The notes under the pieces are model-generated. The model did no database searches and was not told the DNA's origin. It saw nothing but the letters and a program-made list of their open reading frames with translations. Below are positions 37,919-48,589 of a stretch of 64,000 nt of DNA, piece by piece (position 1 is the first letter of the stretch; every line of letters begins with the position of its first letter). Source of the stretch: an uncultured bacterium (lineage in GTDB: Bacteria > Omnitrophota > Omnitrophia > Omnitrophales > Aquincolibacteriaceae); assembly GCA_964606385.1 (NCBI GenBank), contig CAZSFZ010000008.1, positions 3,961 through 67,960 of the forward strand, given 5' to 3'. A program made the position numbers and the translations under genes.

Positions 37919-39339
37919 TTTTTAATGTCCCATGCCCGACGGGCTTTTTTAACGGTGGAAGGTTCACCCGGACGGCCGTCCTTGACAAGCCAGCCCTGCG
38001 CCGCGATCTCTTGACGCAAGACATCGGATTTTGCAAAATCTTTCACCTTCCTGGCTTCCGTGTATTTTTCAAGCGCCATCCTTACTTGCGCGGGCGGCGT
38101 ATCCGCTGCCGCGATATCAAACCCAAACAGTTCGTCCATTTTTGCGAAGAATGCGACGCACAACTCCAATCCTTTTTTCGGGATCTTTGTCAGATTCGCA
38201 TTCAGGAATGTCACCGCTTCCTGATAACGGGCTAAGGCCACAGCAACATTCAGGTCATCCTCCAAGGCCTTTTCGATCTCCGCGACCGCAGCCTCCAGGG
38301 GCTTCAAATCAAAATCCGTTTCGCCCTTTTGCTCCACAAGTTGCGATCGGCTCAGGCACTGGAAATAGCAATTATCAAGTTTTTCGATCACCTCACGGGC
38401 CTCTTTCAAGCCATCAAATGTGAAATTCAGCTGATGGCGGTAATGGACCGAAAGGAGCGCACATCGGAGGGCCATTGGGTCGTAGCCTTTAGCCAAAAGA
38501 TCGCGGAGCGTGAAAAAATTCCCCTTGGATTTCGACATTTTTTCGCCGTTGACGAGCAAGTGTTTCGCGTGAAGCCAGTATTTCACAAAAGGCTTGCCCG
38601 TTGCCGCCTCGGATTGCGCGATCTCATTCTCGTGGTGCGGGAACACCAGGTCCTCGCCGCCCGCATGGATATCGACGGTTTCCCCGAGGTGCCGCATGCA
38701 CATGGCGGAACACTCGATGTGCCAGCCCGGACGGCCCTTACCCCACGGTGAATCCCAGGAAGGCTCTCCTTCCTTGGCTTTTTTCCAAAGCACAAAGTCC
38801 GCGCCTTCTTCTTTTTCGTATTCATCATGAACGACTCGAGCGCCGGTAATATTCCCTTCGAGATTTTTCTTGGAAAGTTTCCCATACCCCCGAAAATTCG
38901 CGACGCGGTAGTAGACCGAGCCGTCCTCAGCTACATAGGCGATCCCCTTGGTGATCAGCTTCTCGATAAGCATAATGATGTCCGCTATGGAATCCGTTGC
39001 CTTGGGCTGGATCGCGGGCGCTAGCACGTTGAGCGTCTTCATGTCCTCCAGAAAAGCCTGGGTGTAAAACGCGGTGTATTCGCCAAGAGTTTTTTTCTCA
39101 CGGTTCGCCCCGGCAATGGTCTTGTCATCCACATCCGTAATGTTCATGACGTGTTTGACCTTCAACCCTTTGAACTCGAGGAATCGGCGGAGGAGGTCTT
39201 CAAAGACGAACGTGCGGAAATTCCCGATATGAGCGTAGTTATAGACCGTCGGCCCGCAGGTATAAAGCGCCACCTCGCCGGTCTTGAGCGGCGTAAATTC
39301 TTCAAGTTTCCCTGAGAGCGTGTTATGGAACCGGATCAT
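37915..39339 (-). CDS. cysS: cysteine--tRNA ligase
   Basis: 474-aa ORF with CGPTVYNYAHIGN (HIGH-like) and KMSKSKGN. Confidence 0.93.
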   Translation of the reverse strand: MIRFHNTLSGKLEEFTPLKTGEVALYTCGPTVYNYAHIGNFRTFVFEDLLRRFLEFKGLKVKHVMNITDVDDKTIAGANREKKTLGEYTAFYTQAFLEDMKTLNVLAPAIQPKATDSIADIIMLIEKLITKGIAYVAEDGSVYYRVANFRGYGKLSKKNLEGNITGARVVHDEYEKEEGADFVLWKKAKEGEPSWDSPWGKGRPGWHIECSAMCMRHLGETVDIHAGGEDLVFPHHENEIAQSEAATGKPFVKYWLHAKHLLVNGEKMSKSKGNFFTLRDLLAKGYDPMALRCALLSVHYRHQLNFTFDGLKEAREVIEKLDNCYFQCLSRSQLVEQKGETDFDLKPLEAAVAEIEKALEDDLNVAVALARYQEAVTFLNANLTKIPKKGLELCVAFFAKMDELFGFDIAAADTPPAQVRMALEKYTEARKVKDFAKSDVLRQEIAAQGWLVKDGRPGEPSTVKKARRAWDIKK

Positions 39340-40541
39340 GCCGAAACCTTCCTCATACTCACCACGGCTTCACAGGTGACGGCCAGGCCCTCACCTTCGG
39401 GCCCCAGTCCTTCCCGTGTCCGCGCTTTTATAGAAATATCTTTTTCGGGAATCCCAAGCAGCTTCGCGACATTCTTTTTAATTTTTATTTTGTACGGCCC
39501 AAGCTTTGGCCTTTCAAGAATGATATTGGAGTCCACATGGTAGGGCTTCCAGCCTTGTTTTTTCGCCTCCGCGAGAACGGTCATGAGGATGATCGAGCTT
39601 TTCATATTCTTCCATCGGCGGTCCCGGTCCGAGAACCATTCCCCGATATCCCCGGCCCCGATCACTCCCAGGATGGCGTCCGAGATCGCGTGTAGCAGCG
39701 CGTCCCCGTCCGAATGACCGAGGGAACCTTTAGGCGACGGGATCTTGATCCCACCAAGCCACAATTTGCGTCCGGGAACCAAACGATGCGTGTCAAAACC
39801 GATGCCCACTCGGGATTCCGGGAAAGTTTTCTTTTCAATCATGGCTTGGGCAAGTAACAAGTCGTTCATAATGGTTAATTTCGGGTTCCAATCCGCATGC
39901 GGCATTACACGCACACGCGCTCCGATCGACTCAAGAAGCCCCGCCTCATCCGTCGCGTCAAACGCTTTTGGGTTCAGCCGGTATGCTTTCAAGAGAACAT
40001 CGCGGCGGGCCAGCTGCGGCGTTTCGGCTTCATAAAGCGAATTACGATCGACCGTTTCACAGATATGCCCGTCCGCCGCCAGGACTTTTTTGATGGTCGG
40101 CACTACTTTGCGTGCCAAGATCACTCCATCCCACCCTTGAGCGGCTTTCACGACCTGCCGGATCGCTTGAGGGGTCACAAGCGGCCGCGCGCCGTCATGC
40201 ACCATGATCCAATCCGAACGCGGGGAAGTTTTTTGAAGCGCATTCCACACAGATTCCGCGCGGGTTTTGCCACCGAGGATCCACCGGATCCTTGAATGAC
40301 GGACCGCACGGCGGGACCATCGCTTCACTTCGGCGCGCATCTCAGGACTTATCGCGATGACCGTTTCTTGAATGCTGGGGACCGATTCAAAAGCGCGGAG
40401 AGTTTTAAGAAGAACAGGCTCTCCGCCCAGCTCATAAAAAAGTTTGGAGCCCCCTTTCGTTCGTGTCTTTGGGGACCGCCGCAGACTTTTTTGAAAGCGA
40501 CTACTGAGCCCGGCGGCAGGAATGATCAGCGAGATCCGCAT
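39336..40541 (-). CDS. ispDF: bifunctional 2-C-methyl-D-erythritol 4-phosphate cytidylyltransferase / 2,4-cyclodiphosphate synthase
   Basis: N-terminal IspD (IIPAAGLSSRF) fused to C-terminal IspF (GIGFDTHRL...HSDGD). Confidence 0.9.
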   Translation of the reverse strand: MRISLIIPAAGLSSRFQKSLRRSPKTRTKGGSKLFYELGGEPVLLKTLRAFESVPSIQETVIAISPEMRAEVKRWSRRAVRHSRIRWILGGKTRAESVWNALQKTSPRSDWIMVHDGARPLVTPQAIRQVVKAAQGWDGVILARKVVPTIKKVLAADGHICETVDRNSLYEAETPQLARRDVLLKAYRLNPKAFDATDEAGLLESIGARVRVMPHADWNPKLTIMNDLLLAQAMIEKKTFPESRVGIGFDTHRLVPGRKLWLGGIKIPSPKGSLGHSDGDALLHAISDAILGVIGAGDIGEWFSDRDRRWKNMKSSIILMTVLAEAKKQGWKPYHVDSNIILERPKLGPYKIKIKKNVAKLLGIPEKDISIKARTREGLGPEGEGLAVTCEAVVSMRKVSA

Positions 40542-40546
40542 TCACC

Positions 40547-41707
40547 CTACCTCCCTCCTTCGTGCACATGAGGATTTTGCGGACTGGACGGATTTTGATA
40601 GGCCTGATGCCCATGACGGTCATGACCGTTCCGCGGACGGCGCGAATCGCCTCCATGGCCACGGGTATCGCGCCAACGTTCGCCGCCGCGGTCCACATGG
40701 TGACCATTGTCATCGGACAATTTCGCGAAGATCATGCGGCCGGCCTGTGTCTGAAGCACGCTTGTGATCGTGACCTTGACCGTTTGACCGAGACGGCGTT
40801 TGCCGTTATCGACCACGACCATGGTCCCGTCATCAAGATACGCAACGCCCTGCTCCTGTTCTTTGCCTTCCTTCAGGATCTTAATCTCCATCTCCTCTCC
40901 CGGCATAACGACCGGCTTGAGGGCATTGGCAAGATCATTAATGTTAAGAACTTTCACCCCCTGAAGCTCGGCGACCTTGTTGAGGTTGTAGTCGTTCGTA
41001 AAGACCTTCGCCTGGAGCACCTGCCCCATCTTGACCAATTTCGCGTCCACCGTGTTGAACTCCGGGAAATCCATTTCATGGATCTTGACCATGATGTTCG
41101 GGTTGGACTGGATCGCATTAAGCACGTCAAGGCCGCGCCGCCCGCGATTGCGTTTGAGAGGATCCGAAGAGTCCGCGATAAGCTGCAACTCCTTCAGTAC
41201 GAAACGCGGTAAGATCAGCTTACTCGAAAGAAAATGGGTGTTGGCGATGTCCGCAATACGGCCGTCAATGATAACGCTCGTGTCTAAGAGGATCATTTCC
41301 TCGCCGGGGCCTTTGGAATCCAGCTGCACGAAGGGGATCATTAGGGCGAATTCGTCCTGCCCGCGAAGGACCGTAACGATACCAAGATAGGAAAAAATGA
41401 TCGCCGTCGCAATGCCGAAATTGCGCGTGAATTCTGGATCAAACTGGGCGTAGGTCACCACGACCATCAAAAGCCGGTGCGTCAAAAGCCCGAGCGCCAA
41501 TCCCAAAATGACCGCGAGGATATTACGAACGGTATACTGCTTGAAAAAGATATCAATCGAAACAATGATAACGCCGACTAACCCGCCGATGACCGCCGAG
41601 ATCCACGAACTGTACGGAAGATGAAGGGCTAGAAGCCACTGAATCTGCGCAAGATAACCGAACAGGGTACAGCCCAGAATAAAAAGAATTCTGATAGCAA
41701 GAATCAT
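40547..41707 (-). CDS. YacL-like membrane PIN-domain protein with TRAM domain and His/Gly/Arg-rich C-terminal tail
   Basis: Four N-terminal TM helices, a PIN domain ([12 protein letters not shown]) and a TRAM domain (TVKVTITSV...AGRMIFAKL). Adjacent to ispDF, as B. subtilis yacL is to ispD/ispF. Confidence 0.75.
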   Translation of the reverse strand: MILAIRILFILGCTLFGYLAQIQWLLALHLPYSSWISAVIGGLVGVIIVSIDIFFKQYTVRNILAVILGLALGLLTHRLLMVVVTYAQFDPEFTRNFGIATAIIFSYLGIVTVLRGQDEFALMIPFVQLDSKGPGEEMILLDTSVIIDGRIADIANTHFLSSKLILPRFVLKELQLIADSSDPLKRNRGRRGLDVLNAIQSNPNIMVKIHEMDFPEFNTVDAKLVKMGQVLQAKVFTNDYNLNKVAELQGVKVLNINDLANALKPVVMPGEEMEIKILKEGKEQEQGVAYLDDGTMVVVDNGKRRLGQTVKVTITSVLQTQAGRMIFAKLSDDNGHHVDRGGERWRDTRGHGGDSRRPRNGHDRHGHQAYQNPSSPQNPHVHEGGR

Positions 41708-41785
41708 GATTAAAACTCCTTTGGTATGACTGGTATGAAAAGTTAATAAGCATCGGTTCTCCTCAACACAAACCCTCGGACAACA

Positions 41786-42517
41786 CTAAAACAGCCACAG
41801 AAAATACCACTTTCGACTATGGTTTGAACTCTTCCGGACCAGCTTCCAGGGATGTTCCCGCACGTCCTTCGCGAAAGCATCCATTTCCGTATAAAGCCCG
41901 TCCTCCATCACAAGCTTCCCAAGCGTTCCGTTCCCTTGCTCCACCGTTCCGAGGATCTTGGATAGCGACGCTGTGGAAGCTTCCATGTTCTTAAGCCCCC
42001 GGTAAATATCCCCATCCGGACCCTTCAGGGCCGCGCTCACATCCACGCTAATGGAGGACAGATTCTTCAAAACGCCCTGGGCCTCATCGAACAATTCCTC
42101 CACCGCAACCAAAGGCACGCCCTCCACCAAAGCCCCCTTGCGAAGCAACGGAAAAGTCCCGGGTTTGGGCGTAATTTCGACATGGGGTTCGCTTAAAATA
42201 TGCGTACCCCGGATCGTGAAGGCGTAATTTTCCCTGATTTCCACACCCTTTTCAATGAAAAGTTTGACCTTGACCCGGTTACTTTCCTTTGTTTTGTCGT
42301 AGATGATATCCACCTGGCTCACTTCCCCGACCCGGACCCCCGCCATACGCACCGGCGCTCCCTTGTTCAGGATGCTGACGTAGTTGAACATCACGTCCAC
42401 CGTGTATCCCGAACGGAAAAGGTAGACGCCGCTCACAAAAAAAAGCACCATCGTCACAAAAATAAAGCCGAGGATCACAAAAACCCCGACAGTTACCTCA
42501 TTATTCTTCTTTTTCAT
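41786..42517 (-). CDS. mlaD: MCE-domain protein MlaD
   Basis: 243-aa ORF with an N-terminal TM helix and an MCE fold. Sits in an operon with mlaF and mlaE. Confidence 0.8.
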   Translation of the reverse strand: MKKKNNEVTVGVFVILGFIFVTMVLFFVSGVYLFRSGYTVDVMFNYVSILNKGAPVRMAGVRVGEVSQVDIIYDKTKESNRVKVKLFIEKGVEIRENYAFTIRGTHILSEPHVEITPKPGTFPLLRKGALVEGVPLVAVEELFDEAQGVLKNLSSISVDVSAALKGPDGDIYRGLKNMEASTASLSKILGTVEQGNGTLGKLVMEDGLYTEMDAFAKDVREHPWKLVRKSSNHSRKWYFLWLF

Positions 42518-43284
42518 AATAGCTCCGTTTCCTTTTTCATATGATCTGTAATAGGCCCGTGCGCCGACCCGGTAATAAATTGCTGCACAACAGGATCTTT
42601 CGACCGTTTGATCTCCTCGGGCGTCCCGATGCAGATGATCCGCCCTTCATAAAGCATGGCAATCCGGTCCGCCACTTTATAAGCGCTCGTCATATCATGG
42701 GTCACCACGATGGACACGACCTTCAGCTGCTTTTGCATCCTTAAAATAAGATCATTGATCACGTCCGCATTGATCGGATCCAAACCTGTCGTAGGTTCAT
42801 CATAAAGGATGATCTTCGGCTCGTTGCAGATCGCCCGGGCAAGGCCGACCCTTTTCTTCATCCCGCCCGACAGGCTGGCAGGCATTAGCTCTTCAATACC
42901 TTCGAGCCCCACCAAGCGGAGTTTCTCGCGAACCTTCACGTCAACCGACTCTTCGGGCATTTCCGTATGCTCGAGGAGCGAAAACCCCACATTCTCACGT
43001 ACCGTCAAAGAATCAAAAAGCGCCGCGCCCTGGAACAGCATCCCCAGCCGCAGGCGGCACTGATCCTGCTCGTCCGGCATCATCGCAAAAATAGATTTCC
43101 CATCGATCTTGATATCTCCCTCATCAGGCTCAAGTATCGCCATGATGTGTTTCAGCAAAACGCTTTTCCCGCAACCCGACCGGCCGATGATCACGATCGT
43201 CTCTCCTTCTTGAATGGTCAGATCGACCCCCCGGAGAACATGCTGGGTTCCGAACCACTTGTGAAGGCCCTCAATTTGTATCAC
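42514..43284 (-). CDS. mlaF: ABC transporter ATP-binding protein MlaF
   Basis: 256-aa ORF with Walker A (GRSGCGKS), the ABC signature LSGGMKKR and a Walker B. Confidence 0.88.
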   Translation of the reverse strand: MIQIEGLHKWFGTQHVLRGVDLTIQEGETIVIIGRSGCGKSVLLKHIMAILEPDEGDIKIDGKSIFAMMPDEQDQCRLRLGMLFQGAALFDSLTVRENVGFSLLEHTEMPEESVDVKVREKLRLVGLEGIEELMPASLSGGMKKRVGLARAICNEPKIILYDEPTTGLDPINADVINDLILRMQKQLKVVSIVVTHDMTSAYKVADRIAMLYEGRIICIGTPEEIKRSKDPVVQQFITGSAHGPITDHMKKETELL

Positions 43285-43300
43285 AACGATTTATCCTTTT

Positions 43301-44113
43301 TTAAAAGAAATAAAAGATCGCCGAAAAAAGCGCGTCGGAAGCGATTACCATGATGAGCGAAACCACGACCGCGAGGGTGGTGGCACGACCCACCCCTTCG
43401 GCCCCGCCGCGAGCCGTAAATCCGAAATAGCAACCGACGATCGAGATGATCCCGCCGAAGAAAAAGGCCTTGATAAGACCGGTCACGACGTCTTTGACCA
43501 CAAGCGCGTCGATCGCGCGTTTGATATACATATGCGAGCTCATGCCCAATTTAAAAACCGAGATCAGATACCCGCCGAACATCCCGATCACATCCGCGTA
43601 AATCGTCAGGATAAAAAGCATGAACAATGCCGCGATAAACCGCGGGACCACAAGATATTGGACCGGGTTCATCGCCAAGGCCTTCAAAGCGTCGATCTGC
43701 TCGGTCACCTTCATGGTCCCGAGCTCCGCCGCGATCGAAGCTCCCACGCGTCCGGCGACCACCATCGAAGTCAATACCGGACCTAATTCTCGGCACAAAG
43801 AGACGGAGATCAGATCGGCGGTAAATTTCTCAGCGGAAAAAAGCCGTAACTGGTAAGCGGACTGAAGAGCCAGAACCATCCCCGTAAAAAACGCCGTCAG
43901 AAAGACAAGGGGCAAGGATTCCACGCCGATCTTGTTCATCTGATCGAGCGTCGCTTTCCAGCGGATCTTCTTGGAGGCTAATAGGATGCATGCATCCTGA
44001 AAAAGAAGCGCGATCCCGCCCGCGCCTTTAAAAATTTCCAAACACCCGGCCCCGAACTTCTTCAGCCACAATCGAAGCGACACATTGCGTCTCAATTCAC
44101 TCCAATCCGACAT
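43301..44113 (-). CDS. mlaE: ABC transporter permease MlaE
   Basis: 270-aa polytopic permease of the MlaE/YrbE family. Confidence 0.85.
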   Translation of the reverse strand: MSDWSELRRNVSLRLWLKKFGAGCLEIFKGAGGIALLFQDACILLASKKIRWKATLDQMNKIGVESLPLVFLTAFFTGMVLALQSAYQLRLFSAEKFTADLISVSLCRELGPVLTSMVVAGRVGASIAAELGTMKVTEQIDALKALAMNPVQYLVVPRFIAALFMLFILTIYADVIGMFGGYLISVFKLGMSSHMYIKRAIDALVVKDVVTGLIKAFFFGGIISIVGCYFGFTARGGAEGVGRATTLAVVVSLIMVIASDALFSAIFYFF

Positions 44114-44135
44114 AACACTCCCTGTTTCTAAAAGA

Positions 44136-46061
44136 CTAAAACTTCAGTTTGGGCCCCAGCAGGACTCCGGTCTGCTCATCCTCCATGGATGCCTGGTCTT
44201 CCTCCGCGACAGACTTCGTATCCGACGGACGTGCTTCCAAGACGGAAAGTTCGCCCCATTGGCCGACCTTCGTCGTATTTAATTCCATTCTTTCATCTTG
44301 CTTATGCAGGACCGCTTCGATGCCCTTCCAGATCACCAGCTTATCGGGGGTCTGCACTTTGATCCCCGCAAAGATATTATCAAGTTCCAGGTCCAGGGCC
44401 CCGGTCAAAAAAAACACCGTCCGCCCTTTCCAGATCTTTGAATCCTTCAAGGGCAGATACGGAAGGAACCCGCGAAGCTGAATGATACCACGGTCGTAAT
44501 CAAGTTGTCCCCATTTTCCGTCACGGATATTGAAGACCCCAGAGATCTCGGGTTTCGTAAAATCCCCCTCGACCGAGAGCTTCCCTTCCAACCGGCCTCC
44601 CATCGCTCGGGGCAGAGGCTTGGCCATAAAATAGTGAACGGTCCCGAGATCGAATTCCGCGACGTTGAGCAGAAGTTTGAGATGCGGATTTTTCCCCAGC
44701 CGCGTGACTTGTCCCGTCATCCGGAATTCATTGCCCCAGGAGGTCCGGATCCCCGTGATCCCCGCGGGACTCAGGTCGAATGCCCCTTTCAGGTCCTTGA
44801 AAGGCTGGCGGTCCAAAATAAAGTAGTCGGTCTCAAATTCCCCTTTAAAAAAAATATCACGGCCTTTCCAGCGCGGCGACAAAGAATGCAAGAAGAGTTT
44901 CCCCTGGGTCACGAGATCCATGCCGAAAGCCCGGATATGGTCCAGATGGAAATTCAGGGCAAAATCCAGTCCGCGGAGGTTCGAGTGGACCGCCATGCGC
45001 TTGGTTCCTTTTTCAAAACCCAACTGATAATTCCCGCTGGCGAAATCGAATTCCCCGCGGCCCTGATATCCCGTGTTCAAATCCAGGGAATCGATCACAA
45101 AACGTTTCCGGTCCTGATGCACTTTGCCGCGAAAATCATAAGCTTGCCCCTCGAACGGCTGAAAGGTCCCCTCAAGGGTTTGACGCGGCAGGCTCAAAGC
45201 AAGGTCGAGCTTCATCCAGGGCGCTCCTTTACCGATCCGGAGACTGACACTCATTTCCGGCTGCCCCTCGCGATTCAAGAACTTACCGGAAAGCTCCGCA
45301 TGCCACCCATAGAGAGTTCCCTGAAGATTTTCAAAAGAAAGATCGTGTCCGACCCAACGGAACTTCCCTTTGAGCTCCTTGAATGGAAGGGCCATGTCCG
45401 GGGCGAGCTCCATATCCTCGACTTCCATCCAAAGATCGTGTGAGCTTCGATCGGGGTCCACTCCTCCATAGATATGAACGCGCCCGCTCACCATTCCGGC
45501 CACATCGGCGCGCACATCGATCTGGACCTTTCCCTCGAGGGACGGGAGAACCTTGCCCTCGACGTTATTCAGGATAATTTCTTTCCCGAGCGAAGACAGC
45601 AAATAGCGGATCTCACCCCCTTTGAAATCCAGGGAAGGCATCGATAATCCGGAAGACCCTCCCGCGGGCGCAGGATCAAAGTAGCGGTAAGGAAATTCAT
45701 CCTGCTCGATCAAAATAGCGGGGTTTCTCAGCACCACGCCGGAAGGAACTTCGAACTGCCTGTTCCAGAGCTGTTTCAGATCGTAGCGGAATAGCAAACG
45801 GTCAACACGGATCAATTGCGAACCGCCTTTGGGGGCCGCAGTTTCGATGAGGATCTTTTCGAGAGCGAGCTGGGAGAAATGGTAGGGGCGAATTTCGCCG
45901 ATGTGGACGGTGGCCTTCAGGTATTCGCCCACCTTCTTTTCAGCAAACCGCTTGAAATCCTCAGAACGGGCGATCCGCCCTAAAAAAAAATTGAAAAGCA
46001 GGGCGCCCGACACGGCGGCGATCAAAAGAAAGAAAAAAGCGGCCTTTAAAAAAGGGCGCAT
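44136..46061 (-). CDS. AsmA/TamB-like large envelope protein (N-terminal TM anchor, extended beta-rich periplasmic region)
   Basis: About 640 aa from MRPFLKAAFFF. Sits immediately downstream of mlaE and 19 nt after the clpC stop. The family assignment is inferred from architecture, not from a clear motif. Confidence 0.55.
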   Translation of the reverse strand: MRPFLKAAFFFLLIAAVSGALLFNFFLGRIARSEDFKRFAEKKVGEYLKATVHIGEIRPYHFSQLALEKILIETAAPKGGSQLIRVDRLLFRYDLKQLWNRQFEVPSGVVLRNPAILIEQDEFPYRYFDPAPAGGSSGLSMPSLDFKGGEIRYLLSSLGKEIILNNVEGKVLPSLEGKVQIDVRADVAGMVSGRVHIYGGVDPDRSSHDLWMEVEDMELAPDMALPFKELKGKFRWVGHDLSFENLQGTLYGWHAELSGKFLNREGQPEMSVSLRIGKGAPWMKLDLALSLPRQTLEGTFQPFEGQAYDFRGKVHQDRKRFVIDSLDLNTGYQGRGEFDFASGNYQLGFEKGTKRMAVHSNLRGLDFALNFHLDHIRAFGMDLVTQGKLFLHSLSPRWKGRDIFFKGEFETDYFILDRQPFKDLKGAFDLSPAGITGIRTSWGNEFRMTGQVTRLGKNPHLKLLLNVAEFDLGTVHYFMAKPLPRAMGGRLEGKLSVEGDFTKPEISGVFNIRDGKWGQLDYDRGIIQLRGFLPYLPLKDSKIWKGRTVFFLTGALDLELDNIFAGIKVQTPDKLVIWKGIEAVLHKQDERMELNTTKVGQWGELSVLEARPSDTKSVAEEDQASMEDEQTGVLLGPKLKF

Positions 46062-46080
46062 CGGACGCAGGCCTTTCGGG

Positions 46081-48549
46081 CTAGGTGGCTTTTTCAAACG
46101 AGATCCGTTCGCCGCGGATCTCAGCAACGATCTTGGAGCCTTCCTCGAACTTTCCGCCCAGGATCTCCTCGGCCAGAACGTTCTCGATATAACGCTGGAT
46201 GGTCCTCTTCAGCGGCCGCGCGCCGAACACGGGGTCGTAACCCTGATCGATGAGGAACTTCAGGACCTCCGGCGACAGGATCAGCTCCATCTTCTTGTCC
46301 TTGAGGCGGTCCATCACTTCCTTGAGCTCGATATGGATGATCTGCTCCAAGTCCTGACGCGTTAGCGGATGGAACACGATGGTATCATCCACGCGGTTCA
46401 GGAACTCCGGCCGGAAGACCCTTTTCGTCTCATCCAGGAGTTTCTGCTTCAAGTTGTCGTAATTCATATTGTCTTTTTGCGGCGCGAAGCCCAGATCCCC
46501 CTGCTTCCGGACCAGGTCGGCCCCGACGTTGGAGGTCATAATCACGATCGTGTTCCGGAAATCGACCTTACGCCCGAAAGAATCCGTGAGGCGCCCTTCT
46601 TCCATCAGCTGAAGCAGGATGTTAAAAACGTCCGGATGGGCTTTTTCGATCTCATCCAGCAACACGACGGAATAAGGGCGACGGCGCACCTTCTCGGTGA
46701 GCTGTCCGCCTTCTTCGTACCCGACGTATCCCGGAGGTGCCCCGACAAGGCGCGATACGTTAAATTTTTCCCCGTATTCGGAGCAATCCACGACCACCAC
46801 GGCATCCTGGTCCCCGAACATGAAATCCGCGAGGGCGCGGGCCAAAAGTGTTTTGCCGACACCGGTCGGGCCCAAAAAGATAAAAGAGCCGATCGGCCGG
46901 CGCGGATTCCGGAGACCGGAACGGGAACGGCGCACCGCGTGCGAGATCGCCCGGATGGCCTCGTCCTGTCCGATGATCTTCCTGTGAAGCTCGTCCTCCA
47001 TCTTGAGAAGCCTTGCCGTTTCCTTTTCCTCAAGGCGGGAAAGCGGGACACCCGTCCATTTTGAAACCACAAAGGCGATGTCTTCCTCGGTCACCTGAAC
47101 TTCGACCTCGGACTTGGATTCCTTCCAGCTTTTTTTCATTTTCTGAAGCTCTTCCTTGGCCTTACGCTCATCATCGCGCATCTTTGCGGCCTTCTCAAAA
47201 TCCTGGGCTTTGATGGAGGCTTCTTTTTCGCGGCGAAGCGCCTCGATCTCGGTCTCCGCTTTCTTGAGATCTTTGGGCATGGTCGTCACGGAAAGTCGCG
47301 CTCGCGACGCAGCTTCATCAATAATATCGATCGCTTTATCCGGCAAGAACCTTCCCGAGATATAACGGTCGGAAAGTTTGGCCGCGGCTTCAAGCGCTTC
47401 GTCCATGATCTTCACGCGGTGATGCGCTTCATATTTATCGCGCAATCCTTTCAGGATCAGGATCGTATCGTCGACAGACGGCGGGTCGACCACCACGGTC
47501 TGAAAACGGCGGGCCAGCGCGGCGTCTTTCTCGATATATTTCCGGTATTCATCGAGCGTCGTCGCTCCGATACATTGGATCTCGCCGCGGGACAGAGAAG
47601 GCTTCAGGATATTCGACGCGTCGATCGCGCCTTCGGCGCCACCGGCACCTACCAGTGTGTGCAGTTCGTCAATAAAGATCATGACATTTTCCGTGCGCCG
47701 GATCTCATCCATCACAGCCTTGATGCGTTCTTCGAATTGACCGCGGTATTTCGTCCCCGCGACCATGAGGGCCAGATCCAGCACCACGATGCGCTTGTCC
47801 GCGAGGATCTCCGGCACATCGCCGGCGATGATCATTTGCGCCAAACCTTCCACGATCGCGGTTTTCCCGACACCTGCTTCCCCCAAAAGTACCGGGTTAT
47901 TTTTTGTGCGGCGCGCAAGGATCTGGATCACGCGCTGGATCTCGTCCTGACGTCCCACTACAGGGTCTAATTTTCCATCACGGGCAAGCTGCGACAGATC
48001 ACGGCCGAAAGCGTCAAGCGCCGGCGTTTTCGTTTTGGACTTGCCGGTCGCGGGACCTGCGCCCGGCCCACCCATGGCGGCCGAAGGGGCGCCAGGTTCG
48101 GCGTTCGGCGTGGTAGATCCTAAAAGCTTGATCACTTCGGAACGGACTTTGTTGAGGTCGAGTCCCACATTCATGAGCACATGGCTTGCCACGCCTTCGC
48201 CTTCCTTAATAAGCCCTAAAAGCAGATGCTCGGTCCCGATATAGTTATGTCCGAGACGGCGAGCCTCATCCATCGCAAGCTCGATCACCTTCTTGGCCTT
48301 CGGCGTGAACGGAATATCCCCCGACACCACCGTGCTCGGCCCGAACTGGACGAGCTTTTCGACCTCGAGGCGGATCGTATCAAGAGAAAGCCCAAGATTC
48401 TGGAGCACCGCGGCCGCGACGCTTTCGCCTTCCTTGATCAGGCCGAGCAGGATGTGCTCGGTCCCGATATAGTCATGGTTGAACCGCTTGGCTTCTTCTT
48501 TGGCAAGGATAATGACCTTGCGAGCTCTTTCCGTAAAACGATCGAACAT
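46081..48549 (-). CDS. clpC: ATP-dependent Clp protease ATP-binding subunit ClpC
   Basis: 822-aa ORF with two Clp_N repeats, two AAA+ modules (GEAGVGKTA; GPTGVGKT) and a middle UVR-like coiled coil. Confidence 0.93.
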   Translation of the reverse strand: MFDRFTERARKVIILAKEEAKRFNHDYIGTEHILLGLIKEGESVAAAVLQNLGLSLDTIRLEVEKLVQFGPSTVVSGDIPFTPKAKKVIELAMDEARRLGHNYIGTEHLLLGLIKEGEGVASHVLMNVGLDLNKVRSEVIKLLGSTTPNAEPGAPSAAMGGPGAGPATGKSKTKTPALDAFGRDLSQLARDGKLDPVVGRQDEIQRVIQILARRTKNNPVLLGEAGVGKTAIVEGLAQMIIAGDVPEILADKRIVVLDLALMVAGTKYRGQFEERIKAVMDEIRRTENVMIFIDELHTLVGAGGAEGAIDASNILKPSLSRGEIQCIGATTLDEYRKYIEKDAALARRFQTVVVDPPSVDDTILILKGLRDKYEAHHRVKIMDEALEAAAKLSDRYISGRFLPDKAIDIIDEAASRARLSVTTMPKDLKKAETEIEALRREKEASIKAQDFEKAAKMRDDERKAKEELQKMKKSWKESKSEVEVQVTEEDIAFVVSKWTGVPLSRLEEKETARLLKMEDELHRKIIGQDEAIRAISHAVRRSRSGLRNPRRPIGSFIFLGPTGVGKTLLARALADFMFGDQDAVVVVDCSEYGEKFNVSRLVGAPPGYVGYEEGGQLTEKVRRRPYSVVLLDEIEKAHPDVFNILLQLMEEGRLTDSFGRKVDFRNTIVIMTSNVGADLVRKQGDLGFAPQKDNMNYDNLKQKLLDETKRVFRPEFLNRVDDTIVFHPLTRQDLEQIIHIELKEVMDRLKDKKMELILSPEVLKFLIDQGYDPVFGARPLKRTIQRYIENVLAEEILGGKFEEGSKIVAEIRGERISFEKAT

Positions 48550-48589
48550 TGTGACCTCCGGATTAAAACGATGAAATCAACGGTTTATC

